Below, piece by piece: positions 29,502-41,725 of a stretch of 64,000 nucleotides of DNA. Made by a program: the position numbers and the translations under genes. Location of the stretch: the NCBI GenBank assembly GCA_963808235.1, contig CAWEEQ010000004.1, forward strand, positions 1,696,001 through 1,760,000. Direction: 5' to 3'. Every line of letters begins with the position of its first letter. The first letter of the stretch is position 1. The notes under the pieces were generated by a model. That model searched no databases. It saw nothing but the letters and a program-made list of their open reading frames with translations, and was not told where the DNA came from. This DNA is from an uncultured delta proteobacterium. GTDB lineage: Bacteria; Desulfobacterota; Binatia; Binatales; Binataceae.

Positions 29502-30254
29502 CTAGCCCGGCAGCTTCCTCAGCGTCGACAGTACCCCGGCCGGTTCCACTCCACGAGTAAGGACGCCGCCGCGCGCGAGCGAAATTGTTCCATCTTCCTC
29601 GGATACCACCAGCACCACCGCGTCGCTGTCCTCGCTCATCCCGATCGCCGCGCGATGACGCGTGCCGAGCGATAGGCTCACGCTCGTATTCTGCGACAAT
29701 GGCAGCAGGCACGCCGCGGCCAATATGGTGTCCCCGCTGACGATCACGGCGCCGTCATGCAGCGGAGAGCCGTTCATGAAGATTGTTTCCAGCAACTCGG
29801 GCGAGACCTTCGCGTCGATAAAGCGGCCACTCTCGACAAACTCGGCAAGACCATCGTCTTGCTCGATAACGATCAGCGCGCCGACTCGGCGCGCCGACAG
29901 CCACGCCACCGCAGTGGCGATTTCGTCGGCCGCAGTGACGGCCGCGATGTTGCGCCCGAAGAACGATCTCGCACCGACCCGGGTCAGCGCACGGCGTATA
30001 TCGGCCTGAAAGATCACGACCAGTATCACGAACAGCGAACTCAGAAAGTTATTCAGCAACCAGTTGAGCGTGAACAGTCCCAGTACCTGCGACGCCACGA
30101 ATGCGCCACCAACGATAACCATCCCGAGCACCATCTGCATGGTGCGGGTGCCGCGAATCAGCAGTGCGACGCGGTAGATCACGTACGCGACGATCAGTAC
30201 GTCGAGAAGATCCTGCCACCTCGGTGGCGGTATCATTGGAATGTAACTATGCAT
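29502..30254 (-). CDS. cdaA: Diadenylate cyclase
   Basis: Three TM helices, GALIV, SPLHDGA, GTRHRAA, VVSEEDG. Confidence 0.95.
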   Translation of the reverse strand: MHSYIPMIPPPRWQDLLDVLIVAYVIYRVALLIRGTRTMQMVLGMVIVGGAFVASQVLGLFTLNWLLNNFLSSLFVILVVIFQADIRRALTRVGARSFFGRNIAAVTAADEIATAVAWLSARRVGALIVIEQDDGLAEFVESGRFIDAKVSPELLETIFMNGSPLHDGAVIVSGDTILAAACLLPLSQNTSVSLSLGTRHRAAIGMSEDSDAVVLVVSEEDGTISLARGGVLTRGVEPAGVLSTLRKLPG

Positions 30255-31128
30255 CGCGCCTGAAACGCCGGTCCCGGCCCGCGCTCGCCGCGGCCATTCG
30301 CACCACCGATACGGCCGCGCTAACGTCGTGCACTCGCACGATCGATACGCCGCTTGCGATCGCGAGCGCATTCACCGCCGCCGTACCAAGCTCCAACTCG
30401 CGCTCGCTCGCGCCGGCTATCCTGGCTACGAAAGTTTTTCGCGACGCGCCCACCAATATCGGATAGCCGAGCGCGCACAGCGCGGGCAAGGCGGCGATCA
30501 ACTTTAGATTATGCTCAGCAGTTTTAGCGAAGCCTAGACCCGGATCGAGCACGATTCGCAAGCGCGCGATTCCCCAAGCTTCCGCAAATCGCGCGCGCTC
30601 AGCCAGGTAGTTCGTGACTTCGCGGACCACGTCGCGGTAGCGCGCGAACTTGATATGGTCGGCGGGACCGCCGCGCATATGCATCAGCACCACCGCGCAT
30701 TTCGTATCCGCGGCAAGCCGCCCCATTTCGGGATCGTGCCCGAGCGCGGTCACATCGTTGATGATCGCAGCACCCGAATCGAGTGCGATACGGGCGACCG
30801 CAGCGCGTCGCGTATCGATCGAGAATGGAATCCCAAGCTCCCGCCCAAGCCGCGCGAGGACCGGGCGCACCCGCTCCAACTCCACTTCGACCGGGACTTC
30901 ACGTGCACCCACCGGCTTGGTCGATTCGCCGCCTACGTCGATCAGGTCGGCGCCGGCGGCCTCCATAGCGAGTGCATACTCGAGTGCGCGGCCTGGATCG
31001 AGGTAGCGCCCCCCGTCCGAGAACGAATCGGGAGTGACGTTGAGCACGCCCATGACCGCGGGAAACTTGATGACCCTGCCGTCGCGAAGTTTCACACTTG
31101 TGGGAATCGCGCGCGATGTCTCACGCAT
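30247..31128 (-). CDS. folP: Dihydropteroate synthase
   Basis: MGVLNVTPDSFSDGG, DPGLGFAK, SRK, RVHDV; start uncertain. Confidence 0.96.
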   Translation of the reverse strand: MRETSRAIPTSVKLRDGRVIKFPAVMGVLNVTPDSFSDGGRYLDPGRALEYALAMEAAGADLIDVGGESTKPVGAREVPVEVELERVRPVLARLGRELGIPFSIDTRRAAVARIALDSGAAIINDVTALGHDPEMGRLAADTKCAVVLMHMRGGPADHIKFARYRDVVREVTNYLAERARFAEAWGIARLRIVLDPGLGFAKTAEHNLKLIAALPALCALGYPILVGASRKTFVARIAGASERELELGTAAVNALAIASGVSIVRVHDVSAAVSVVRMAAASAGRDRRFRRDA

Positions 31129-31276
31129 GCCGGAGCTACGAACCGAGTTGGGGATTTTAACCGCGCGCATCGGACCTGCCAGCCTCCGCTTGCCCCGCAT
31201 CCACGCACGTTCGTCGCGGAAAATAACCGCGCCGCAGACCCGATCGATTTACACGCTTAGCTGATCGCTGAAGCGT

Positions 31277-33205
<1,929 letters not shown>

Positions 33206-33255
33206 GCTACAGAAAAAGTATCATGCCCGTTCACACGCACGCAACGAGGTGCGTG

Positions 33256-34650
33256 CTAGACCGCGATTTCACGCGCCTCAACGCGCAGTATAATTTCCGA
33301 TGCTTCCGTGACCAGCGCGGCGCTCCCACGCACGAGCCCCGGCAGCCACGCGACCTCGCCGCCAATCGTAACGATTGGAAAGCGTGCCCGGCTTGCGCGC
33401 GGCAGCTTCCGATCGATAAACACATCCTTAACCTTGCGCTCGCCAACCATTCCAAGCGGCGTCACCCGATCGCCGCGAATAAAGTTGCGGACGACGATCC
33501 CGGAGCCTCGAGTCTCCGCCGCATCGAACCGCGCAACCCGCAAATCATCCGGCGCCGACAGGCCGCCGGCCGCGATTGTCGACGCCTCGAAGCGGTAGCC
33601 CGCCGCTTCGACAGTCGTGATTCCGTCGAGACTCAGGCGCACCGAGAACGCCTCGGCATTCGCGGGCGTCGTGTTAACGACGCGGAGAAAATTGTACTCG
33701 CGCTCGGCACGCCATCCATTTGGGAGGTTGATTGAGTCGCTCGGACCGCCTTCGAGAACCAGACGCCGGATCGCCTCTAGATGCGCCCGCGTGATTCGCC
33801 GCAGCGACACCATCCGCTCGTTAAGATAAAGACGCAGCACGGTCATCTGCAGCGCGGGTGCAAGCGATGCGAATCGCGTCACGTCGACCGCGCCGTCATC
33901 GCAACGCATCGCGCCAAGTTCAATCGATCCAGCGGCGACCATGAAGTCATCGACCGAGCGCATCTCAGCCGCGACTTCGGAGAGCCTTCGCGCAACGCTC
34001 GGCGCGTACTCGCGCTCGAGCATCGGAATCAGCTCGTGGCGAATCCGATTGCGCAAAATCGCCGACGACCGATTACTCGAGTCCTCGACGAACTCAATTG
34101 CGCGCTCAGCCAGGTACGCGAGAATCTCCTCGCGAGAAAGCGCAAGCATCGGCCGAAGCAGCCGACCCGGCCCACGCGCAGCCATCGCTGACAACCCCGC
34201 GATTCCTGCGCCGCGGAACATCCGCATCAGCACGGTCTCAGCCTGATCGTCCCCATGATGAGCCAGCGCAATAAAGTCAGCGCCAACATCGTCGGCAGCA
34301 CGATTCAAAAAGCGATACCGCTCCTCGCGCGCCCGCTCCTCGAGATTCGCCGAGCCAGCCTCGAGCCCTTGGGCACGCTCCACGACCAGCACAACCGCAA
34401 GCCGCGCACACGTCTCGCGCACGAAAGCCTCGTCACGATCAGACTCAGCGCCGCGAATCCGATGGTTCAAATGTGCGGCCGCAACTTGCATCTCGAAACG
34501 CTCCCGAAGCGCAAGCAATACGTGAGTAAGCGCGACGGAATCCGCCCCACCCGAGAGCCCAATCAGGATCTTCGCCCCACGCGGAATCCGAGCCCGCTCA
34601 AGTGCCGCCGCAACCGCATCCAGCACTGCTTTTTCGGCATCACGAGACAT
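33256..34650 (-). CDS. tilS: tRNA(Ile)-lysidine synthetase
   Basis: SGGADS, HLNHRIR, HHGDDQAET, RNRIR. Confidence 0.96.
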   Translation of the reverse strand: MSRDAEKAVLDAVAAALERARIPRGAKILIGLSGGADSVALTHVLLALRERFEMQVAAAHLNHRIRGAESDRDEAFVRETCARLAVVLVVERAQGLEAGSANLEERAREERYRFLNRAADDVGADFIALAHHGDDQAETVLMRMFRGAGIAGLSAMAARGPGRLLRPMLALSREEILAYLAERAIEFVEDSSNRSSAILRNRIRHELIPMLEREYAPSVARRLSEVAAEMRSVDDFMVAAGSIELGAMRCDDGAVDVTRFASLAPALQMTVLRLYLNERMVSLRRITRAHLEAIRRLVLEGGPSDSINLPNGWRAEREYNFLRVVNTTPANAEAFSVRLSLDGITTVEAAGYRFEASTIAAGGLSAPDDLRVARFDAAETRGSGIVVRNFIRGDRVTPLGMVGERKVKDVFIDRKLPRASRARFPIVTIGGEVAWLPGLVRGSAALVTEASEIILRVEAREIAV

Positions 34651-34698
34651 AGCGATGAGGTTATCCCCGCCCCAAAACCGCATCAACGGCCATCCTCC

Positions 34699-35025
34699 TC
34701 ACCGCGCCATCCGATCGAGCAGATTCAATATCACTCCGATACCCGGGATATTCACCTCGAGCTCCTCACTGAGCGTACGAATCACTCGCACCCTATGAAG
34801 CGCATCGCGATCGTACAGCGGCTCCACGCGATGCTCCCGCTGCTCGATTCGCGCCGGCGCGAGAAGATCCTCCTGCTCCCAAATTGAGAGCTGCCGCTCG
34901 CTGATTCCGCACATCGAGCAAAACACGCTCCGGCTCACCAGCACGACTTCGCCGCGAGCGCCGCGACTACGTTTGCGTAGCAGCTTGGATACCGCCGAGC
35001 TTGAGGATGAACTTCGCCTCGCCAT
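34699..35025 (-). CDS. CbpM/MerR-type chaperone modulator
   Basis: HTH plus ELEVNIPGIGVILNLLDR; immediately downstream of a DnaJ/CbpA-like gene. Confidence 0.8.
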   Translation of the reverse strand: MARRSSSSSSAVSKLLRKRSRGARGEVVLVSRSVFCSMCGISERQLSIWEQEDLLAPARIEQREHRVEPLYDRDALHRVRVIRTLSEELEVNIPGIGVILNLLDRMAR

Positions 35026-35060
35026 GTGTTCGCGTCAGGTCCGCTTCACTTCGTAGTCAT

Positions 35061-36179
35061 TCATTTTGTAGCCATCATGTCGGCGCGAGGATCCGGAACT
35101 CCGCGTGCCTTCAGATGCTCCGCGAGCTGTTCCATCAGCGCGCGCTCTTCGGCAGTCAGGTTGGTCGGCGCGAGCACTTTCAGTTCGTAGAGCAGGTCTC
35201 CGGCCGGTTCCTTTCCGCGCGCAGGCAGGCCTCGCCCACGCAGGCGCATCACGCGGCCGGTCTGGCTTCCCGCGGGAATTTTGAGCGATACGCGGCCGTC
35301 AACGGTGGGTGCGGTGATCTCGGCGCCGAGCGAGGCTTCGTAATCCCAGACGGGCAACTGCACGCGGATATCGCGCCCCGCGATCGCGAAGACGGGATTT
35401 GGCTCGATACGAACGGTGAGGAACAGGTCGCCATTTTCCTCCGGACGCGGCGCGCGACCGCCCTGCCCCTTCAGCCGAAGCTGGGTGCCGTCCGCCGACC
35501 CAGCAGGTATCGACACCTCCAGAGTCCGCCGATTTCGCACCACTCCATTTCCGCCACAGGTCGGACACGGCTCGGCCGAGCGAATCACCCGGGTCTTGCC
35601 GTGGCGCTCCTCGCGCGCGACCATCCCGCTGCCGCCGCAGGTAGAGCACTCATCTTCGGCGATCAGATCGAGGCGTTGTTTGGCGCCTTTGATCGCGTCG
35701 GCGAGCGGAATTTTCACTTCCGCGCGGAGATCGGGCGCGCGCGGGGGCTCCGAGGCGAACTCGAATCCTTCAAATCCGCGCGACGCGCCGCCGCGGGAAC
35801 GGCTCGGGCCGCGCCGCGCGCCGCCGCCAAAAAACTGGCCGAAAAAATCGCTGAAATCTCCGAAGTCGGCGCCCCCGCCGCTGCGCGCTCCTCCGCCGCC
35901 AGCGGCCGATTGTTGACGCGCGTAGCGGCGCATCATCTCTTCCTGCGACACGCCATGCTCCCAATCGGCGCCCAGCTCGTCGTATTTTTTGCGCTTTTCG
36001 GGGTCGCCGATTACCTGGTACGCCTCGTTGATTTCCTTGAACTTGACCTCGGCGTCCTTGTTGTTGGGATTGACGTCCGGATGATGCTTCCGGGCGAGCT
36101 TCCGATACGCACTCTTAATCTCAGCCTCGCTGGCAGTGCGCGGAACTCCGAGTGTTTTGTAGTAATCGCGAAATTCCAT
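35061..36179 (-). CDS. DnaJ/CbpA-family co-chaperone
   Basis: J domain with HPD, G/F-rich linker, two CxxCxGxG motifs, DnaJ C-terminal domain. Confidence 0.93.
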   Translation of the reverse strand: MEFRDYYKTLGVPRTASEAEIKSAYRKLARKHHPDVNPNNKDAEVKFKEINEAYQVIGDPEKRKKYDELGADWEHGVSQEEMMRRYARQQSAAGGGGARSGGGADFGDFSDFFGQFFGGGARRGPSRSRGGASRGFEGFEFASEPPRAPDLRAEVKIPLADAIKGAKQRLDLIAEDECSTCGGSGMVAREERHGKTRVIRSAEPCPTCGGNGVVRNRRTLEVSIPAGSADGTQLRLKGQGGRAPRPEENGDLFLTVRIEPNPVFAIAGRDIRVQLPVWDYEASLGAEITAPTVDGRVSLKIPAGSQTGRVMRLRGRGLPARGKEPAGDLLYELKVLAPTNLTAEERALMEQLAEHLKARGVPDPRADMMATK

Positions 36180-36254
36180 CTGGAATAATCAGTAGCTATA
36201 GTTAGTCGGTATCTATCGAAACATACTCAGTTACGCGCCCTGCACCTTCCGGTT

Positions 36255-36278
36255 CCGCTTCCCCTAAGGGAAGCGGAG
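36255..36278. terminator. Intergenic hairpin downstream of the ccm operon
   Basis: TCCGCTTCCC-CTAA-GGGAAGCGGA perfect 10-bp stem. Confidence 0.5.
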
Positions 36279-36308
36279 AAAGTTCTGGGGGCATAAGTTC
36301 GCCCCACT

Positions 36309-36512
36309 TCACAACTGCGGTGGAGAATCGTCCCGCATCTCGGCCTTAGACTCCCCTGCCTTCTCCGCAAGCGCTCTGAGCCGTGCCTCGAGCCGCCCGA
36401 CCTCCGCGTCCAGCGCCAACTGCCGCCGCCATATAAATACCACGTACAAAAAAATCACCGCGAAAATAATACTATACGCAGCAAACAGGTACCCGAAGTG
36501 ATCCATGCTCAA
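36309..36512 (-). CDS. ccmD: Heme exporter protein D
   Basis: Small single-TM protein (YLFAAYSIIF...) with a charged tail, following ccmC. Confidence 0.8.
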   Translation of the reverse strand: MSMDHFGYLFAAYSIIFAVIFLYVVFIWRRQLALDAEVGRLEARLRALAEKAGESKAEMRDDSPPQL

Positions 36513-36521
36513 TCCATTACC

Positions 36522-37244
36522 CTATCGGTCGCCCGCCGCTGCAAACGCAAATGCTATTTGCGTAGCCACTCGATTAAGGCGAGTCCGGGTCCTCATCTGC
36601 GCAAACCGGAGCATCAGGAGCCATGCCCATAGCGCGGTCATCGCGGTCAGAGAGACCAGCAGCGTCGCAATCATCCGCGGATCCTCGAGCCCATGACCGC
36701 CCTGCCTGGTGACCAGCACCGCCGGATGTATCGTCCTCCACAACCTTACCGAGACGATCACGATCGGCACGTCGAGCGCCGCGACGATTCCGATCACCGC
36801 CGCAAACCGCGCAACCTGGGAGCTCTCCTCGGCGCTCGCCCGCATCAACAAGTACCCGCAATACATCAACCACAGGATAAAGGTGGTCGTGAGCCGCGAA
36901 TCCCAAGTCCACCATACACCCCAAATCGGCCGCGCCCAGATCGAACCCGTGACCAGCATCAATGTGCAGAAGATCATCCCGGTCTCCGCCGCCGCGTATC
37001 CAAGATCGTCCCAGATCTGATCGCCGAGCCACAGATAAAGCGCCCCCGCCACAGCAACCAGCCCAAACGCCGCGAACGCAACCCACGCACATGGCACATG
37101 AAAATAAAAAATCCGCTGCACGATCCCCTGGTCTGCTTCAGTAGGCACGTAGTCGAAGATCATGAACAGCGATGCGATCATCAGTGCGAGCGTGGCAAGG
37201 CCAAACCAGTTTCGAGTCGAGGTGTTCACAAAATCAATCCTCAC
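36522..37244 (-). CDS. ccmC: Heme exporter protein C
   Basis: IFYFHVP, WARPIWGVWWTWDSRLT (WWD domain), TIHP. Confidence 0.95.
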   Translation of the reverse strand: MRIDFVNTSTRNWFGLATLALMIASLFMIFDYVPTEADQGIVQRIFYFHVPCAWVAFAAFGLVAVAGALYLWLGDQIWDDLGYAAAETGMIFCTLMLVTGSIWARPIWGVWWTWDSRLTTTFILWLMYCGYLLMRASAEESSQVARFAAVIGIVAALDVPIVIVSVRLWRTIHPAVLVTRQGGHGLEDPRMIATLLVSLTAMTALWAWLLMLRFAQMRTRTRLNRVATQIAFAFAAAGDR

Positions 37245-37905
37245 CTACCACATGCTCGAACAGCAGGTAACCGGCGGTGACGAATAGTACGTCGAATGCG
37301 ATCATTATCTTGAGCCAGTCGCTCATGGACGCGAGCGGCGCGCCCGACAGCGCGGCGACACTCGCCTTGACTCCGGCTATCAGAGCCGGCGCGAATATAG
37401 GCACTGCGAGTATCGGCAGAATCATATCGCCTGTGCGCGTATGACCAGTCGCCGCGGAGAGCAGCGTCGCCAGCGCCGAAAATCCGAGCGCACCGAGCAT
37501 CAGTATCGGCGCAAGACGAATCAGCGCGGCGCTGAACTCAAGATTGAAGAACAACACCATCAGAATAACCGCGCCCGCCTCCGCCGCCGCCATGAAGGTA
37601 AACGCCACCGCTAGCTTGGCCGTGTAAAGCGTCCCCGGATCGAGTGGACTCAAGAGCAGGCCGCGGATAGCGCCGTTCTCGCGCTCGGCCGAAAGCGCGC
37701 GCGTCGCGCCGACCAGCCCGGAGAATACCATCGCGACCCAGAGCGCGCCCGCGGCCGTATCGACGCTCCGAACCCGCGCCGCATCGAGTGCGAATACCAG
37801 CACCACCAGCACCAGCATCGACATCGCGAGCAGCGCGAGCGTGCTATGCCCTCCGCGCGCTTCGAGCCTCAGATCCTTCCGAATCACGGCTGCAAAAGCT
37901 GACAC
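37234..37905 (-). CDS. ccmB: Heme exporter protein B
   Basis: RKDLRLEAR, ERENGAIRGLL, about 6 TM helices, operon position. Confidence 0.92.
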   Translation of the reverse strand: MSAFAAVIRKDLRLEARGGHSTLALLAMSMLVLVVLVFALDAARVRSVDTAAGALWVAMVFSGLVGATRALSAERENGAIRGLLLSPLDPGTLYTAKLAVAFTFMAAAEAGAVILMVLFFNLEFSAALIRLAPILMLGALGFSALATLLSAATGHTRTGDMILPILAVPIFAPALIAGVKASVAALSGAPLASMSDWLKIMIAFDVLFVTAGYLLFEHVVGED

Positions 37906-37914
37906 GATGCGCGC

Positions 37915-38622
37915 CTACCGGCCGAGCAGCGTGCGAAGCCGCATGCCGAGCCGGACCTCCTCTTTTTCTTCCTCGATGAGCGGCATCAAGCGGCCATGCT
38001 CGAGTTCGAACACTTCGAACTCCAGACCGCTGATTTCATGCACTGTGTGCGCGGTCGCGAGCACCGTTGCGCCACGATCGATCGCACTTGCAATCAGCGC
38101 CGTGACGGTGGACACACCTCCAGCGTCGAGCGCCGCCAACGGCTCGTCGAGCAGCAGCAGAATCGGGTCGGCGAGCATCGCGCGCGCGGCCGAGAGGCGC
38201 TGCTCCATGCCGCGCGAGAAGACGCGGATTCGCTCATCGGCAAATTCGGCCAGCCCTACACGCTCGAGCCACTGCGCGGCGAGCGCGACTGGATCGGCGA
38301 GCGAATACAACTCCGCATAGAACTCCAGATTCTCGCGCGCGGTCAGGTTCGGATACAAAAAACTCTGATGCGCCATCAGGCCGATTCGCCGCCGGTAACG
38401 CGCGCCCAACTTCCGTGTGTCCTGCCCGAAGACGATCGCGCTCCCTTTACTCGGCGCTTCAAGCCCGGCAAGGATTCGCAGCAAGGTGGATTTGCCCGCG
38501 CCATTGCCGCCTATTACAAACGCGCCGCGGCCCGGCAGCAGCCGGATATCCACGTCGCGCAGCACGGGCGCAAGCCGGTAAGTCTTCGCAAGTCCGTGCG
38601 TCTCGACGACCGGCGCCGCCAT
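37915..38622 (-). CDS. ccmA: Heme ABC exporter ATP-binding subunit
   Basis: GGNGAGKST, FSRGMEQR, LLLDEP; operon position. Confidence 0.9.
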   Translation of the reverse strand: MAAPVVETHGLAKTYRLAPVLRDVDIRLLPGRGAFVIGGNGAGKSTLLRILAGLEAPSKGSAIVFGQDTRKLGARYRRRIGLMAHQSFLYPNLTARENLEFYAELYSLADPVALAAQWLERVGLAEFADERIRVFSRGMEQRLSAARAMLADPILLLLDEPLAALDAGGVSTVTALIASAIDRGATVLATAHTVHEISGLEFEVFELEHGRLMPLIEEEKEEVRLGMRLRTLLGR

Positions 38623-39146
38623 CACTCGGTCCAGTTGGTCGCGCGGGCCGGGGTCTGCTTGATTGCGGCCCCACACTCGGCGCAGAAGTTCGAGTCGGGC
38701 GCGCTGCGCGTGCCGCATTGCGGGCAAAAGCGAATCTTGCGCGACGATGACGGCCGCGGGACCTCATGATGCACCACCAGGGTCGGAACCGTGTCGGTGC
38801 GGCGCGGCAGCGGCGTCTTGCGCGTCGCGTCGGCGAGCGCAACTACCGACGCCTGCTTTTTCGCCGCCTCGGCGCGAAGCCGTTCGACCTCGGTCATCGC
38901 CGTCAAGGCGCGATTTTCGAGCGCGGAATGCATCGAGTTGTAATCGTCGTCTGACAGCTTGCCCATCTCGCGGTCGAACTCGAGTTCGTGCAGCCCCTGC
39001 ACCGCAAGCGAGCGCTGATGCTCACAGCGCTCGACTTGAAGCTCGCCCGCACTCTTGGACCGCTCGCGGCTAAGTCCGATCCCGAGCGGCGCCGCAACGA
39101 ACAGCGCAACTCCGGCGACAATCAACGCGGCGGCGACGATAAACAC
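38622..39146 (-). CDS. CcmI-N-like membrane protein with C-terminal zinc ribbon
   Basis: TM, LHELEFDREMGKLSDDDY, then CPQCG...FCAECG. Confidence 0.75.
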   Translation of the reverse strand: MFIVAAALIVAGVALFVAAPLGIGLSRERSKSAGELQVERCEHQRSLAVQGLHELEFDREMGKLSDDDYNSMHSALENRALTAMTEVERLRAEAAKKQASVVALADATRKTPLPRRTDTVPTLVVHHEVPRPSSSRKIRFCPQCGTRSAPDSNFCAECGAAIKQTPARATNWTE

Positions 39147-39150
39147 TCCG

Positions 39151-39675
39151 CTACCTTTGCTCCTTGAGCTCCTTTTCCAGTTTGCGCCTAAGTTCGGGAG
39201 CGAATGAAGTGGGCGGCGTCACCGGAATCGAGCCCGCCGGAAGCGAATCTGACGCAGAGCGCCATCGCCCGAATGCGAATACGATCAGTCCGCCGCCGAC
39301 AAAGAGTGCGATAAACGGCATCGTCCACGCGAGCAGGTTGAAGCCCTCCGCGGTCGGCGCCGACAAAACTTTCTCGCCATACTTATGCCGATAGAAGGCG
39401 ATTATCTGCGCGCGTCCCATCCCCTTGCCGATCATCTGATCTATCTCGCCGCGCATCGGCACCGAGAATCCGCAAGTCGGCATGTTGCAATTGGCAACCG
39501 TCAAACCGCATCCGCATTGGCAGGTCAGACTCTGAGAAACCTCGGCATTCGTCGTCTTTTCCGCCGCAAATGTTTCACGTGAAACGTAACTCAGTTCAGG
39601 AGAAAGAAAAGCGAAGGCTGACAAAGTCGCAATCATTGTCAGGAAGAGCCGCATCGTGATTCGACGCCGGTTCAT
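39151..39675 (-). CDS. ccmH: Cytochrome c biogenesis protein CcmH-like
   Basis: LTCQCGC..C....C, YGEKVLSAP, LLAWTMP followed by TM. Confidence 0.85.
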   Translation of the reverse strand: MNRRRITMRLFLTMIATLSAFAFLSPELSYVSRETFAAEKTTNAEVSQSLTCQCGCGLTVANCNMPTCGFSVPMRGEIDQMIGKGMGRAQIIAFYRHKYGEKVLSAPTAEGFNLLAWTMPFIALFVGGGLIVFAFGRWRSASDSLPAGSIPVTPPTSFAPELRRKLEKELKEQR

Positions 39676-41709
39676 CAGTCGCCTCCCGGCGCCGCGTCGC
39701 CGACCGCCGTATCCGTAGCCGGTGCGCGCTCTCCGGCACCGCTGAGAGCGGCGGCAATCGCTGCGCGCTCGCGTACGTTCGGCCACATCACGATGACCGT
39801 GCCGAGGACCATCAGCAGACCGCCAGCCCATAGCCAGAAGACCAGCGGGGTCAGAAACACCTCGAAGGTCGCGGTCTGTCCGGTGTCGTCGATTCCCGCG
39901 AGCACGACGTACAGGTCGGCGATCGGCGTCGAACGGATTGCGACTTTAGTCGCTGGCTGCTGCGGGCGTTTGTAGAAGAGCTTGGCCGGTTCCATCACGG
40001 TAACTTCGCGACCGTCGGCGCGGAGCACCTCGACGCGCGCGGTCGCGCTCTCGAGATGCGCCGTTTCGATTTGACTCGAGACCTAGAAAGCGGAGCGTGA
40101 ACGATCCGATCGTGAAGCTCTGGCCGGGATGCACACTCTTCTTCACGTCGGTGCGGAAGAACGACGAGCCGACAATTCCGACGAATGCGACGATCACGCC
40201 GACGTGGATTATGTAGCCGCCGTAGCGCCGATTATTTTTCGCGACCAGGTTGATAATCGCTTTGGCGCGCGGCTCGGAAACCATATGCCGGCGCGCGTTC
40301 ATCCCGCGGCGGAACTCGACGATTATCGTGCCCATCACGAATGCGGCCAGCGACAGCGCGGTCAGCACGTACCATTGTCGAAGGCCGGACGCGGCCGCCA
40401 CTACCCCGGTCGAGACGCCGAGGATTACCGGCGCGGCAAAACTTTTGAGCAGGTTGTCGGCGGTGGTGCGCCGCCATGCGATCAGCGGGCCGACTCCCAT
40501 CAGAAATACCAGGCCCAGCGCGAGCGGTCCGTTGACGCGATTGAAGAACGGCGGTCCGACCGTGATCTTCACGCCGCGCACCGCTTCCGAGAGCACCGGG
40601 AAAATCGTTCCCCAGAAAACCGCGAATGCGATCCCAACCAGGAACAAGTTGTTGAACAGGAACGCCGCCTCGCGCGACAAGTACGATTCGAAATCGGCGG
40701 GACTGCGCAATTGATTGGAACGGAAGATCAAAAGCGCGCTATACGCCAGCGTCACGACTATGAGGAAGCTGAGGAAGTATGGACCGAGTCCTGATTGGGT
40801 GAACGAATGGACCGACGAGATGACGCCGCTGCGGGTGATAAAGGTGCCAAAGAGCGTCAGTCCGAATGCGAGTCCGATCAGCGACAGATTCCAGATCTTC
40901 AGCATGTCCTTGCGTTCCTGGATCATCACTGAATGAAGGTACGCGGTCATCACGAGCCACGGCATGAAGGCGGCGTTCTCGACCGGATCCCACGCCCAGT
41001 AGCCGCCCCATCCGAGAACTTCATAGGCCCAGCGCGCGCCGAACATGTTGCCAAGGGTCAGGAAGAACCAGGAAAAAATCGCCCAGCGCCGAGTGGTACG
41101 AATCCACGCGTCGTCGAGCTTGCCAGTCATCAGTGCGGCGGCGCCGAACGCAAACGGCACAGTGGCACTGACGTAACCGGTGTAGAGCGACGGCGGATGA
41201 ATCGCCATCCAATAGTTCTGCAAGAGCGGATTTAAGTCGGACCCTTCGGCCGGAATCGTTGCCAGGAGATCGAACGGCCGGGTCACGAAATTCAGCATCC
41301 CGAGAAAAAAGATCGCGACTCCGGCCATGACCGCGAGTGCGTAGGGCGCGATATCGGGATTGCGACGCCGATTCTGGAACGCCGCAATCGAAGTGAAAAT
41401 CGAGAGCAGCCACGTCCAGAACAACAACGAGCCTTGCTGCCCGCCCCATAACGACGTGAACTTGTAGACCGTCGGAAGCGTGGTGCTGGAATATGCAGCG
41501 ACGTACTCAAGCGAGAAGTCGCTGCGCAGCAAGCCGGTCCACAGCGCGATGACCGCGATCGTGACCATCGCGCACATCGCCCACAATGCGTGACGGGCGC
41601 TCACCACGAAGTCGGGCGCATCGCGGCGCACTCCGTAGATATTCGCGATAATCGAATAGACGGCGAGGATCAGCGCAATCGCGAGCGCAAGTTTGCCAAG
41701 TTCCGGCAT
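39675..41709 (-). CDS. ccmF: Cytochrome c heme lyase CcmF, frameshifted near 40070
   Basis: WGGQQGSLL, IHPP, WGGYWAWDPVEN, SVHSF; reading continues in another frame as IETAHLESATARVEV...PLVFWLWAGG. Confidence 0.93.
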
Positions 41710-41725
41710 CAACAAAAACCCGCGA

